Assembly: GCA_027451365.1 (NCBI GenBank)
Contig: DAIDJN010000077.1
Coordinates: forward strand, 1 to 28,209
DNA from: Phycisphaerales bacterium
Lineage (GTDB): Bacteria; Planctomycetota; Phycisphaerae; WQYP01
Direction of reading: 5' to 3'
DNA length: 28,209 nucleotides
Positions 1-9,401 of this stretch are shown here, piece after piece. Both the position numbers and the translations under genes were made by a program. Each line of letters opens with the position of its first letter. Within the stretch, counting starts at the first letter, position 1. The notes below the pieces were generated by a model that worked only from the letters and a program-made list of their open reading frames with translations, ran no database searches and was not told the DNA's origin.

Positions 1-141
1 ATGGACTGAAGCATAATACGCAGGACGCTTTTTCGCCGAGATGAAACGCCAGTCCCACCCGCCTGCTCAAGAGCCGCCCTCGGCACCTGAAGGTGCCGTC
101 GAGGATTCCTCGCGACTTTATACAAAGTGGGGAAACTCCAA
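1..141. repeat. Left copy of a 141-bp perfect inverted repeat; probable end of a multicopy mobile element (IS-like) at the contig edge
   Basis: 1..141 is the exact reverse complement of 28069..28209. Identity stops after ...GGGGAAACTCCAA. Contains an internal hairpin CGGCACCT-GA-AGGTGCCG. No transposase is visible, so the IS call is inference. Confidence 0.9.
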
Positions 142-151
142 AATTGTCTAC

Positions 152-180
152 TTGACCCTGCCTCCGACAAACAGTATTGT
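152..180 (+). promoter_or_regulatory. Sigma70-type promoter for rpsD
   Basis: TTGACC (152-157), 17-bp spacer, TATTGT (175-180), about 180 nt upstream of the rpsD ATG. Confidence 0.6.
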
Positions 181-360
181 AAATGGGCTATACATCCGCC
201 GAGAAGGCCTCGGAAGACTGTTTTCTTCCGCTGGTACGCCGGCTTTGAAAGCGATCAGGCAATTTCCGCGATTGAATTCGTTGGAAATATGTGCATGAGC
301 TATCCGGAATGGGACATATTCCGGCGGACCATGCGTTGATCGACTCGAAAAGGAGTTTTC

Positions 361-957
361 ATGTCCCGTTACCTTGGCCCCAAAGTCCGCCTTTCCCGTC
401 GTCTTGGCGTCGCTATTGCCGATCTTCCCAAACACAATAAATCCGAATTTGTAGCCCCTGGAATGCATGGCTTTCGTGCCAAGCGGCTCTCGGAATATGG
501 CATTCGTCTTCGCGAAAAGCAGCGTATGAAGGCCCATTACAGCGTCCTGGAAAAGCCCTTTCGCCGCTATATGGCCAGTGCCAAGCAGGCCAAGGGCAAT
601 ACCGCCGTTACACTTCAGCAACTGCTGGAATGCCGACTGGATAACGTGGTACGCCGCCTGGGCGTCGTACGCTCCATCTGGGCGGCGCGGCAGCTTGTGG
701 CGCATGGTCAAGTGCTTGTAAATGGCAAAAAAGTGGATGTTGCAAGCTTTCAAACCGCACCCGGAATGGTCGTCACATTCCGCGAAAAAATCCATAAACT
801 TTTGCGCGAAAATATGGAAGGTCTGGCGGGCCATCAGTTGCCCGCGTGGCTGGAATTCAATCCGGCGCAAATGGAAGCCAAGGTACTTGTGCTGCCTAAC
901 CCGGAACAGATTCCGTTCCAGATTAATGCGAATCTGATTATTGAATTTTATCGTTAA
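361..957 (+). CDS. rpsD: 30S ribosomal protein S4 (stand-alone, no zinc-ribbon cysteines)
   Basis: N-terminal MSRYLGPKVRLSRRLG, PGMHG, SEYGIRLREKQR and the S4 domain LECRLDNVVRRLG...ARQLVAHGQVLVNGKKVD. C-terminal IIEFYR. RBS AAAGGAG upstream. Confidence 0.97.
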   Translation: MSRYLGPKVRLSRRLGVAIADLPKHNKSEFVAPGMHGFRAKRLSEYGIRLREKQRMKAHYSVLEKPFRRYMASAKQAKGNTAVTLQQLLECRLDNVVRRLGVVRSIWAARQLVAHGQVLVNGKKVDVASFQTAPGMVVTFREKIHKLLRENMEGLAGHQLPAWLEFNPAQMEAKVLVLPNPEQIPFQINANLIIEFYR

Positions 958-992
958 TTTTTTTCGTCGCGTGAATTCCTTCGGAAAAATAC

Positions 993-1024
993 AAACGGCG
1001 TGCGGCTTGGCTGCACGCCGTTTT
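993..1024 (+). terminator. Rho-independent terminator after rpsD
   Basis: AAACGGCGTGCGGC-TTG-GCTGCACGCCGTTTT: 14-bp stem (one G-U pair) ending in a T tract. Confidence 0.75.
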
Positions 1025-1156
1025 CCGCTTTAACCGCCTGATCAGCAACAACCCACCGTATTCGACGTTTAAAGAAATGGCAGCCGCATTGCCCCGAATG
1101 CGCGGCCACCGGTGAATTTATCTTGGGATCAGCCTGCGGGCTTTATGTGAGATTGC

Positions 1157-2137
1157 GTGAAGCGAACACTTGTCATCATCCTGAAATTTGCGGTCATGGC
1201 GGCCATATTAGGCTTTGTATTTTTAAAATTGCACCGCGCCTGGCAGAATGTTGGATCCTATTCTGTGCACCTGGACTGGCGATACTGCTCCCTGATTCCG
1301 CTCTGTTTTGTGGGCATAATGGCCACCAACGCGCTTACGTGGCTCTGGCTTGCGCGGCGTATGGGTGACCGCGGAGCCAAGGTTCCGCTGCTTGGCGCTT
1401 ATGTATACAGTCAGGTTGGAAAATACGCGCCCGGCAAAGTTTTTCTGGTCATTATCCGTTTGGGCCGCACCCATCGCGCCGGCATGACACGGGAAGTCTG
1501 TCTCCTTTCTACCTTGCTGGAAAATGCCATGTACACGCTCTCCGGCGGCCTGGTGGGCGCGGTGACGCTGCTGGTTGCGGCTCGTGATCATCCGCTTTAT
1601 ATCGTCTGCTGCGTCGTGCTTATTACACTGCTGCTGGGCTTCTTTCACCCGCGCGTGTTTTTCACTGTTATTAACCTCGCACTTAAGTCCATGAAACGCG
1701 GCCCTATTCCACCAAATCGTCGCTTTGCGCTAAGCGATATGATTATCGCCGTGCTCCGATTTCTTCCATGCTGGGCGTTTGGCGGCATCGCCCTTTGGGC
1801 CTCGGTGCGTTCACTCCACCCGGTGCCAATGATTGATATCCTCAAACTTACAGGCGTGTTTGCACTTTCCGTTAGCCTCGGGATGTTCAGTCTTTTACCC
1901 AGCGGTCTTGGCGTGCGCGATGGCGTGCAGATGCTGTTTTTAGGACCACTGTTGGGGATTCCCCAACTCGTGGTGGTGGCGGTGGCCATTTTGCGGGTCG
2001 TTCAAATTCTTGTGGAACTTTCATTGGCCGGTATCGGCGGCGTTGTCAACTCACGCACCACTGCCTCTTCCCATTCGCCCCCGACATCTGATCCGAATAA
2101 CACCCCTGTCCAATCGCCAACACAACCAGTTCCCTGA
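1157..2137 (+). CDS. Integral membrane protein, lysylphosphatidylglycerol synthase TM / flippase-like (UPF0104) family
   Basis: About 8 hydrophobic segments, with family-type motifs SQVGKYAPGKV and LLPSGLGVRDG. GTG start. Confidence 0.75.
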   Translation: MKRTLVIILKFAVMAAILGFVFLKLHRAWQNVGSYSVHLDWRYCSLIPLCFVGIMATNALTWLWLARRMGDRGAKVPLLGAYVYSQVGKYAPGKVFLVIIRLGRTHRAGMTREVCLLSTLLENAMYTLSGGLVGAVTLLVAARDHPLYIVCCVVLITLLLGFFHPRVFFTVINLALKSMKRGPIPPNRRFALSDMIIAVLRFLPCWAFGGIALWASVRSLHPVPMIDILKLTGVFALSVSLGMFSLLPSGLGVRDGVQMLFLGPLLGIPQLVVVAVAILRVVQILVELSLAGIGGVVNSRTTASSHSPPTSDPNNTPVQSPTQPVP

Positions 2138-2312
2138 TTCAGCGCCGGCCCCGCCGTATAAAACAACGTGGCAAAAAAGAATGCGGAAAAATGATCGGGT
2201 CACGGCTGGAGGATTCGCTTGTGCAGCTCGATTTTCCAACGCGTGCTTTCGGCGGCCGCAGACTGCCGGGCACCTCGAATAATATCAATACAGTACGATA
2301 CTTTCACATTGT

Positions 2313-3689
2313 TTAAGTTCGCCGCAGGCCGCAGGCGTAGCCGCCATCGCAATTTTGCGAGGCTTGATCGGTGTGATTCGGCAGAGCGCGGAATTCTTCA
2401 ACTCTCTGCCAGCTTTTGCCGGCGGCGGATATCAGGAATTCGTCGACCAGCAGGTTGTTTTCCGCCGGGTCCATGCTGCAGGTGCTGTAGACCAGTGCGC
2501 CGCCCGGAACGACCAGTTCCGCCGCCTGCTGCAATAATTTCAATTGAGCCTGCCGCATTGCCGGGACGTTTAGCGAAGGCCATCGCCAGCGAGCCTGCAC
2601 TCGGCGCGCCAGAACTCCGGTGTTGGAACAGGGCACATCCACCAGAGCGGCATTAAATTTAGCTTTTTCGCCAAGCATGGCGGCATTGCGCGGTTCAATA
2701 TTCAGGGCCTGCAATTGGCGGGCACGTTCTATAAGCTGATCAAGTTTGGAACCATCAATATCGCTGGCAATAATTTTTGCGTTCGGCAGCGCTCGTGAAA
2801 GCTGCATGGTTTTGGTTCCCAGGCCGGCGCATAAATCCAGAATTTGGTGGCTGCCCGACGGTTGCCGGGCCGTTGTCATCAGCAGTTTGGCCAGCATGCC
2901 CGCCGCTTTTCCGGCGGTGGGGTCCTGTGGAGATAGAAAGCCGATGGCGATTTCGTTAGCCAATGCTGGAGACCAGCCATGAATGGCCAGGTAATATCCT
3001 TTTTGCTTATGCGCCAGCAGGCCGAGGCCCGGCGGCGGTGAATATTCCGGATCATCCGCCCGCAATGCGATAACCGGACGGGCGTTGTTGGCAATTAAAA
3101 CGGGTAAAACCGCGGTGGAATCCATCCAGGTGAAGATTGCCCGTACCAGCATCAGCGGATGGCTGGTGGCCAAGGCCAGGTGGCCGGGCAAATCTGTTTT
3201 TGGATCGGGAAAAACCGGTTTTGCCAACCGCACCTGGCGGTGAAAATCCAGTGGAAATGCATTGGCGGCGAGGCTGCCACGGTCTTCAATTTCCACCAGC
3301 AGTCGTTGCGCCGCCCGCAGAACTGCGTTGATAAGCCCCCCCGCGCGAACCGCAGTTGGATAGTTGCGAGCGAGTTCAACGGTCGTATCAATTGCCGCAT
3401 AGTCGGCAATGCCATCGCAAATTAGAAGTTGGTACATGCCGAGCAGTAAAAGTGTCTGAACATAGCCATCCAGCCGGTCAAAGGGTCTGTCCAGCAGCGC
3501 CTGGGACACGCATTGCAGCGTCGTACGCCATCGAATGACTCCATGAATAAGGTCGAAGGCCAAGGCCCGATCTCCGGGCTGGAGCTTCTCCCATATTGGC
3601 GCGTCGTGCGGGGGGATAGTTGGCGGGGAGGCAAGTTTCCGCCAGGCAATCAATACTTCAACGGCTCGGCCGCGGGCAGTGGTTCGCAT
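2313..3689 (-). CDS. rsmB: 16S rRNA m5C967 methyltransferase RsmB/Sun (NusB-like N-domain plus NOL1/NOP2 methyltransferase domain)
   Basis: DRALAFDLIHGVIRW and GLINAVLR (NusB-like domain), DLCAGLGTKT (SAM binding), DVPCSNTGV and YSTCS (catalytic Cys motifs). Start moved from 3785 to ATG 3689 (MRTTARGRA). Confidence 0.88.
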   Translation of the reverse strand: MRTTARGRAVEVLIAWRKLASPPTIPPHDAPIWEKLQPGDRALAFDLIHGVIRWRTTLQCVSQALLDRPFDRLDGYVQTLLLLGMYQLLICDGIADYAAIDTTVELARNYPTAVRAGGLINAVLRAAQRLLVEIEDRGSLAANAFPLDFHRQVRLAKPVFPDPKTDLPGHLALATSHPLMLVRAIFTWMDSTAVLPVLIANNARPVIALRADDPEYSPPPGLGLLAHKQKGYYLAIHGWSPALANEIAIGFLSPQDPTAGKAAGMLAKLLMTTARQPSGSHQILDLCAGLGTKTMQLSRALPNAKIIASDIDGSKLDQLIERARQLQALNIEPRNAAMLGEKAKFNAALVDVPCSNTGVLARRVQARWRWPSLNVPAMRQAQLKLLQQAAELVVPGGALVYSTCSMDPAENNLLVDEFLISAAGKSWQRVEEFRALPNHTDQASQNCDGGYACGLRRT

Positions 3690-3903
3690 GCCGCTATTGT
3701 AATGCAAAAAGCTCTTAAGTGGGTATGGCGCAGTGCAAATACGTATGTTTACGTAATGCCGATTGCCTGCGGATGAATGGCGCAATTTGTCCCGGCTTCA
3801 GCGGACCACGGGTTTGCACCCGCTGCTGGAATCCCGGAACCGCACCGGATGAAAAATCGGTTTGAACGCGATCTGAAGGGCATTATAGAAGGCGTCCGCC
3901 TAT

Positions 3904-6753
3904 TTAAGCGATGTCCAGTGTCTGCCCGGCGGTCAGTTTGACGGGGGTTGTAAAATTTAATTGCGTATAACGGGTATTGGCATGTTTTGTGAATGGAATT
4001 GCCGCCCCATTTATTGTTACCTTTTTGGCCGGCATGTTTACCAGCAGACTGCGGAATGTCAGAGTGCCGACGGCACAGCTTATTTCCAGCGAGGTGCCGC
4101 GGCGCGCCAAGCGGCCAAAGGCACTGCGCTGTGCCCATGGTGCGTGGAAATCTCCAGAAACCGGGGGGGCCAGCGTCAGAGTTTCGGCAGGGAAGTCTGG
4201 CTTAAAACCTGTGGCGGCCAACAGCGCGGCCCAACTGCTCATGGGGCGGGAATAATGGCTGCCACATTCCACATGATTCCACGGCATGCCCGCCCGCAGA
4301 TAGCGTTCATGGACTGCCCGCACAAGTTTTTCGCCGCGCTCATATTGCCCATGGTCCATCAGGAACGAAGCGAATGCGAATTCAATGCCGGACCAGACGC
4401 CGCCGGCCTGAAGGTTTTCCAGCACCAGCAGCGACTTTCCGCCACTTGGCGCAGAAGCATTTCGCAGTCCGGTTGCGGGACTGAAATTATTTTTCCAGAT
4501 GCTTTCCATCGCCGCAGTCAGATTGGCTTTGGAAATGCTGGTCGGCAGACCAATCAGATGGCTAAACCAGATGCCACTGATCTGGTCACTCATGCACATC
4601 TCATCGCGGAGGGCACCATCCACCCAAAGGCTGTAGTATTGGCCATTAAACAGCAGCCGATCGAAGGCGGCGGCGGCCTTTTCCAACTGCGCGGCCCATT
4701 TCGCGGCATGGTGTTTGTGATCCAGGGCTGTGGCAATGCGGCACGCCGCTGCCAATGCGCCGATCCACAAAGAACAAATGTATGAAGGAGATCCGCGCAA
4801 TCCCCACTGGTCATAGGTCTGAAATCCGCAATTGGAATTGGGTAGGCCGCCATTGTTGGTGTCCAGTGAAGCGGTGAATTCCATGGCTTTAAGTACATGC
4901 GGCCACATGTCTTGAATATAGGACTGATCCGCGGACCAGAGATAATCGCGCAGCACCATCATGACAAACTGGGGGTTCATATCCACGCGGCCCCAGCCCC
5001 CCTGGTCTACGTGATGAAAGTCGCCATCGTAGGTGTGGGGGACCTGGCCATTGGGCTTTTGGAATTGCAGAAGGTTCCGCATCTGTCCGAGTTTAAGTTC
5101 CGGAAACAGCGCGACAACCGAAAAACTGGCATCAAATTCAACATCCATCGTGCTTTGGCCGCAGCAGCCCAGACCCTCCCAGATTGAATAATGTCCGGCC
5201 TTATCCCACCATGTGTTGGTGACGGCTGTGCCCAGGTGGCTTGACCATGCGAAGGCCATCGGGGCACCAAGGGAAGTGTCCGCCAGCGTGCTTGCGAAAG
5301 ATTCTGTAATCGCCCGATGTGCGGCATAATTCCGATCAAGAAATTCACTCACGTCCAGCGCGTTGTTGAACCAATTCGTGTAATTGTGTCCCATGTCCTG
5401 GCCATATTTGCTGAAGTGATGCGGAAAATACCACGCCAGCGTAAAGCGGACTTCCCGCCTTTCGCCCGGTGCTAATTCGATCTTGGTGGCCAAGGCTCCA
5501 CTTCCCCAGGTGGAATTGGCGCGATCGATTCCGGCCAGCCGTGTCATGTTGTCCGCGATTTCCCGTAGAATTGCACGTTTTCCGGCGACAGTTGCCATTC
5601 CGTGTGGATCGGCCCTTTTGGCGTCGGAAATGATGCGCCCCAGCAGCGCATCTTTAGATAATTCCGCAAGCCAGCGGTCGGCGCTTGCCGCAGGCAGGTT
5701 CGCAATCTGTTCGTCAATCAGGGTAAACGTCTGCGCCGGATCATGGCTGGCGGTAGAATCAGGCAGTCGGCCAGTGTTGAAAAACTCGCCCAGCACATCC
5801 ACCAGCATGTAATTCAGTCGCGGTGTATTCCAATTGAATGGCCCAGCTGACGTGTATTGAGGAAAAGTTCCGGTGATAAAAGTGGTTTTGCCGCGCGGGT
5901 CATCCTCGGATTCGGTCACAGAAAGGCACATTCCTCCAATGGCGGTTTTGCTTTCGCCGCCCGCATTGGTCTGCATCAGAAGCCGAGTCGTTTTACCCGC
6001 AGTTTCAATAGAATTGTGCAATTCTCGCTGGTGGTAGCCCGTGGCCAGCGGATTATCCAACATGGAAAGCAGGCTGACGGCAACTGTTTTGCTGGAAATA
6101 TTTTCCAGCGTAAAAACAAAATGAAACCCCGGCGTTCCACTGGATTTCGCGTCCCCCGGAATAAAGGGTGAAAATGCCGCCGCGCTGACACGCACGGGCA
6201 ATTGACTGTCTATATATCGCAGGTTGGTCATGGGGAACCAGGCGTCATATTCAATTGCCTGCACATCCTGCACATATCCGAGCGAATATAAATTGTTTTC
6301 ATTGGGGCGCAGATACAGGCGCCGCATCTGTGTTTGCTTGGGATCATCGGTCGCGGTACGCAAAAGAAATTGCAGCGACTGCGGTCCCACAGGTGGCTGT
6401 CCGGCCTGTTTTGGCGGCAGTTCGCCGGCCCATGCACCAGCGTTGAAAATAAGCCAATCGTGGAAGCACCCATCGGGGCGAATTTCCACATACCCGGTAC
6501 CAATTCCACCCAATGGTGTGCCGGAAGCGGTCGCGATGGTCTGGGAAATATGCAGCGCGCCCAGGGCGGTACCGGCGGCTGGCTCACTTTCGGCTGCCCC
6601 GATGCTGTCACGCGTGACGCGAACCCGATGCGGCGGCGTTGGATGGGTTTTGTCTCTTGCGCCAGGTATGGCGGTGGCCGCCAGCGCGGCGGAAGTGGCT
6701 TGCAGAAATCCGCGGCGAGAAACGGACTGTGGCACTGGTTGATTTGAAGCCAT
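3904..6753 (-). CDS. Glycoside hydrolase family 116 (GBA2-like beta-glucosidase/glucosylceramidase) with Tat signal peptide
   Basis: SRRGFLQ twin-arginine signal, GTPLGGIGTG N-terminal GH116 motif, WEG...TMDV, VPH, QTYDQW, WSGIEF and ECGSHYSRPMSSW. Start moved to ATG 6753, which follows GAAAGG. Confidence 0.9.
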   Translation of the reverse strand: MASNQPVPQSVSRRGFLQATSAALAATAIPGARDKTHPTPPHRVRVTRDSIGAAESEPAAGTALGALHISQTIATASGTPLGGIGTGYVEIRPDGCFHDWLIFNAGAWAGELPPKQAGQPPVGPQSLQFLLRTATDDPKQTQMRRLYLRPNENNLYSLGYVQDVQAIEYDAWFPMTNLRYIDSQLPVRVSAAAFSPFIPGDAKSSGTPGFHFVFTLENISSKTVAVSLLSMLDNPLATGYHQRELHNSIETAGKTTRLLMQTNAGGESKTAIGGMCLSVTESEDDPRGKTTFITGTFPQYTSAGPFNWNTPRLNYMLVDVLGEFFNTGRLPDSTASHDPAQTFTLIDEQIANLPAASADRWLAELSKDALLGRIISDAKRADPHGMATVAGKRAILREIADNMTRLAGIDRANSTWGSGALATKIELAPGERREVRFTLAWYFPHHFSKYGQDMGHNYTNWFNNALDVSEFLDRNYAAHRAITESFASTLADTSLGAPMAFAWSSHLGTAVTNTWWDKAGHYSIWEGLGCCGQSTMDVEFDASFSVVALFPELKLGQMRNLLQFQKPNGQVPHTYDGDFHHVDQGGWGRVDMNPQFVMMVLRDYLWSADQSYIQDMWPHVLKAMEFTASLDTNNGGLPNSNCGFQTYDQWGLRGSPSYICSLWIGALAAACRIATALDHKHHAAKWAAQLEKAAAAFDRLLFNGQYYSLWVDGALRDEMCMSDQISGIWFSHLIGLPTSISKANLTAAMESIWKNNFSPATGLRNASAPSGGKSLLVLENLQAGGVWSGIEFAFASFLMDHGQYERGEKLVRAVHERYLRAGMPWNHVECGSHYSRPMSSWAALLAATGFKPDFPAETLTLAPPVSGDFHAPWAQRSAFGRLARRGTSLEISCAVGTLTFRSLLVNMPAKKVTINGAAIPFTKHANTRYTQLNFTTPVKLTAGQTLDIA

Positions 6754-6849
6754 GGGCTGCCTTTCAATACTTAAATGGAATTTCGGTCGGTGGTTTCGAA
6801 CCCAACTGTCGCTGGTTCGGGCAGCGCGCCGGCGAATTCCCAAGGATTC

Positions 6850-6878
6850 ATCGTAAATTCTATTCTGTGAATTGGCAA
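6850..6878 (-). promoter_or_regulatory. Sigma70-type promoter for the GH116 gene
   Basis: Minus strand TTGCCA, 17 bp, TACGAT. Confidence 0.55.
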
Positions 6879-6887
6879 ACAATCGCT

Positions 6888-6915
6888 TTGTCGCCAGCCA
6901 TTTAGCCGCTAGAAT
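6888..6915 (+). promoter_or_regulatory. Divergent sigma70-type promoter for TPR-YggX/greA
   Basis: TTGTCG, 16 bp, TAGAAT, followed by RBS AAGGAG at 6925-6930. Confidence 0.5.
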
Positions 6916-6939
6916 AGTGCAATTAAGGAGTAGTATGGA

Positions 6940-7536
6940 ATGCTGGATATTCCCAAAATTGAACGTTTTACACAAATGACCGAAGCGGATCCGCAAAACG
7001 ACCTGGGGTTTTTCTCTTTGGGCAAAGCTCTTGTAGATGGCGATGAATTTCGCCAGGCAATTCCGCCATTGATGCGGGCGTTAAAACTGAATCCGTCGCT
7101 TTCCCCCGCCTATGTTCTGCTGGCCGAGGCTCAACGGAAGGTTGGCGACCCGGAAAGTGCTATTCACACGCTGCAGAAGGGGTATAAGGTTGCTCAGGAA
7201 AAGGGCGATCTTATGCCGCGCAATCGCATGACTGCCATGCTGCAGGAACTCGGCAGCGCGCCGCCGGAAGAGAAGCCGGTGGAATTTACGCCGGAACTCG
7301 CAGCGGCCGGCAACATTCAATGTCGGCGGTGCGGACGGGTTGCACCTAAAATGAACGAACGTCCGTTCAGCGGGCCACTCGGCGAAGAAATTCATAAAAG
7401 CGTATGCAATCCTTGTTTCCAATTATGGATTCGCCAAGGTACAAAAGTAATCAACGAACTACGTTTGAACCTGACTGAATCCGCTGCACAGGATGTTTAC
7501 GATGGCCACATGAAGGAATTTCTAGGGATTCAGTAA
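6940..7536 (+). CDS. TPR-repeat protein fused to a YggX-like Fe(II)-trafficking / oxidative damage protection domain
   Basis: TPR-like helices (FFSLGKALVDG...AYVLLAEAQ). C-terminal CRRC...PFSGPLGEEIHKSVCNPCFQLW...KVINELRLNL...MKEFL matches the YggX pattern. Confidence 0.85.
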   Translation: MLDIPKIERFTQMTEADPQNDLGFFSLGKALVDGDEFRQAIPPLMRALKLNPSLSPAYVLLAEAQRKVGDPESAIHTLQKGYKVAQEKGDLMPRNRMTAMLQELGSAPPEEKPVEFTPELAAAGNIQCRRCGRVAPKMNERPFSGPLGEEIHKSVCNPCFQLWIRQGTKVINELRLNLTESAAQDVYDGHMKEFLGIQ

Positions 7537-7620
7537 CGAGGTTTTACCCACCGGTACGCAACCGATGGTGGTCTGTTACGTTGTTTGTCTGTTGCCGGAA
7601 CTCGCCGGCCTTGTGAGGTT

Positions 7621-8103
7621 ATGATGGAAGCTCAGTTGCTTACGATTCAAGAAAAGGCAAAACTGGATGAATTTCTTAAGTCCCTGATTGATAAACGTCC
7701 CGAAATTTCCCTGCGCATCGCTGAGGCCCGCGAAAAAGGCGATCTGAAGGAAAATGCCGATTACCATGCGGCTCGCGAGGAACTGGCCATGCTTGAAGCG
7801 CGGATTAAAGACCTTGAAAACCGCCTGCGCCATGCGTCTGTGGTGAATCCAGATGATATTCCCGCCGACATGGTGTTTTTGGGGAGCACCGTAAAAGTGC
7901 GTGATTGCAAAACCGGCGATCTGGAAACCTTTCGGCTTGTGGGTGAAATTAACAAAGGCTCCTTCGATGCGGATTCAGACATCATGGAAGTTTCGGCTAA
8001 CAGCCCGCTGGGTGAATCGCTTATGCGCGCCCGCGTGGGTGAAAAAGTTCGGGTGAGTGTGCCGCGCGGCGAAATTCACTACGAAATTATGGAGGTATTC
8101 TGA
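7621..8103 (+). CDS. greA: Transcription elongation factor GreA
   Basis: IAEAREKGDLKENADYHAARE signature and C-terminal SANSPLGESL...VGE. Start moved to ATG 7621 (or 7624). Confidence 0.93.
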   Translation: MMEAQLLTIQEKAKLDEFLKSLIDKRPEISLRIAEAREKGDLKENADYHAAREELAMLEARIKDLENRLRHASVVNPDDIPADMVFLGSTVKVRDCKTGDLETFRLVGEINKGSFDADSDIMEVSANSPLGESLMRARVGEKVRVSVPRGEIHYEIMEVF

Positions 8104-8150
8104 ACGGCGATTGTGCGGCGGCCGCCCCTTTGTGCGGCCGCGAACAGGCG

Positions 8151-9338
8151 ATGGCTGATCGGATGGTTATGAACAATTTATCAGATCATGCCGATTGCGC
8201 CAGATATCCGGAAAACGAATTATCCGGATCGGTGGCCGAGTATGACCCGCCGGAAACACCCACGGCAGCGCTAGATGAATCCGCTGATTTTATTGCCACC
8301 GACGCCTACGACGCTTCTGATCGAGTCCTGTCCGGATTGTCCGCCATTCTTTGGCGCGAACATATTGATTCAGAGGATGCCGAAAAACTTGCGGATCTGG
8401 CGGGTAATCGGATCATCGTGCTTGTGCCGCGCGGACCGGCGGGCATTTCATATGCGGCGATGCTGAGCCTTTTTCTTGCGATGCTGTTTGAGGCTTTGCT
8501 GGCGGCATTGTTTGTTTTTATTTTGCTCTGGCAGGCGGCCCACCACCCGGGCGGTCGAGGCGGCACGCTGGCAATTGCGGGCGACCAGGCCACCGCGGCG
8601 GGGGGGATCATACAGCCTCCTGGCGCACATAGCCGAAAATCTGCGCGTCTAACCACACACTGGAAGTCCTCCCCGTTTCCACGGCCACCCGTGTTGCAGG
8701 CCAATCAGCCCGATGCATCGGCCCTTGCCGACGCGAACATGCTCAATCCATCGCGGAATTCCGTTCCTGCCGAGCATCTGATTGGCATTCCCGGCCCCGG
8801 CCCGATATGGACGGGACAGATTCCCCCAGAGGTCGCCGCGCATATACTGCGGGCCTCGCCCGTTCAGCCACCGAAAGGTCCAGCATTTCCGACGGTGCGG
8901 TCGCGTGGACCCAAGCCAACTCTGTCTGACAATACCCGTTCACGCAATGGCGTAGATCCAAACGAGGGGTACGGCTCTCCGTTTTCGTTGCTGAAGCCCG
9001 GGTTATCCCCCAGCACCGGCGACTCCGGCCAGGGGCAGGGGCGAGACCGCGGTCTTTCGGCCTTTAACGATCCGCAGGCGCAGGTGCTAAAGCACCCGGA
9101 TCCAGATTTTCCGCTTAAATACCAGCTCGAGCCGCCTCCGCATTCACCCGTGCTGCGCATCGCGGTATTGCCGAATGGCCGAGCCGGTACCATTCAGGTG
9201 ATTCATTCCAGCGGGGTCAAGGCCGTGGACCAGGCGTGCGTGGATGCGGTTCGCCTCTGGACTTTTTTTCCAGCGATTAAGGATGGCAAAAAAGTGCTGT
9301 CGCATTTTACAGTGAAATTTCCGGTACATGGGTATTGA
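8151..9338 (+). CDS. TonB-family energy transducer (TonB C-terminal domain)
   Basis: Acidic N-terminus, one long hydrophobic anchor, Pro/Gly-rich linker and C-terminal VLPNGRAGTIQVIHSSGVKAVDQACVDAVRLWTFFPA (TonB_C). Start uncertain (8130-8170). Confidence 0.75.
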   Translation: MADRMVMNNLSDHADCARYPENELSGSVAEYDPPETPTAALDESADFIATDAYDASDRVLSGLSAILWREHIDSEDAEKLADLAGNRIIVLVPRGPAGISYAAMLSLFLAMLFEALLAALFVFILLWQAAHHPGGRGGTLAIAGDQATAAGGIIQPPGAHSRKSARLTTHWKSSPFPRPPVLQANQPDASALADANMLNPSRNSVPAEHLIGIPGPGPIWTGQIPPEVAAHILRASPVQPPKGPAFPTVRSRGPKPTLSDNTRSRNGVDPNEGYGSPFSLLKPGLSPSTGDSGQGQGRDRGLSAFNDPQAQVLKHPDPDFPLKYQLEPPPHSPVLRIAVLPNGRAGTIQVIHSSGVKAVDQACVDAVRLWTFFPAIKDGKKVLSHFTVKFPVHGY

Positions 9339-9401
9339 TTAACCGCCCGTATTTTCCGCCTCCGGTCACCTTCGTAGCGGCTGGCCAGGACGCTTGCGGT
9401 C

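Noticed and set aside
41..298. 85-aa ORF crossing the left repeat boundary
   Set aside because: It spans the repeat junction and the rpsD promoter and has no recognisable motifs. Probably spurious.
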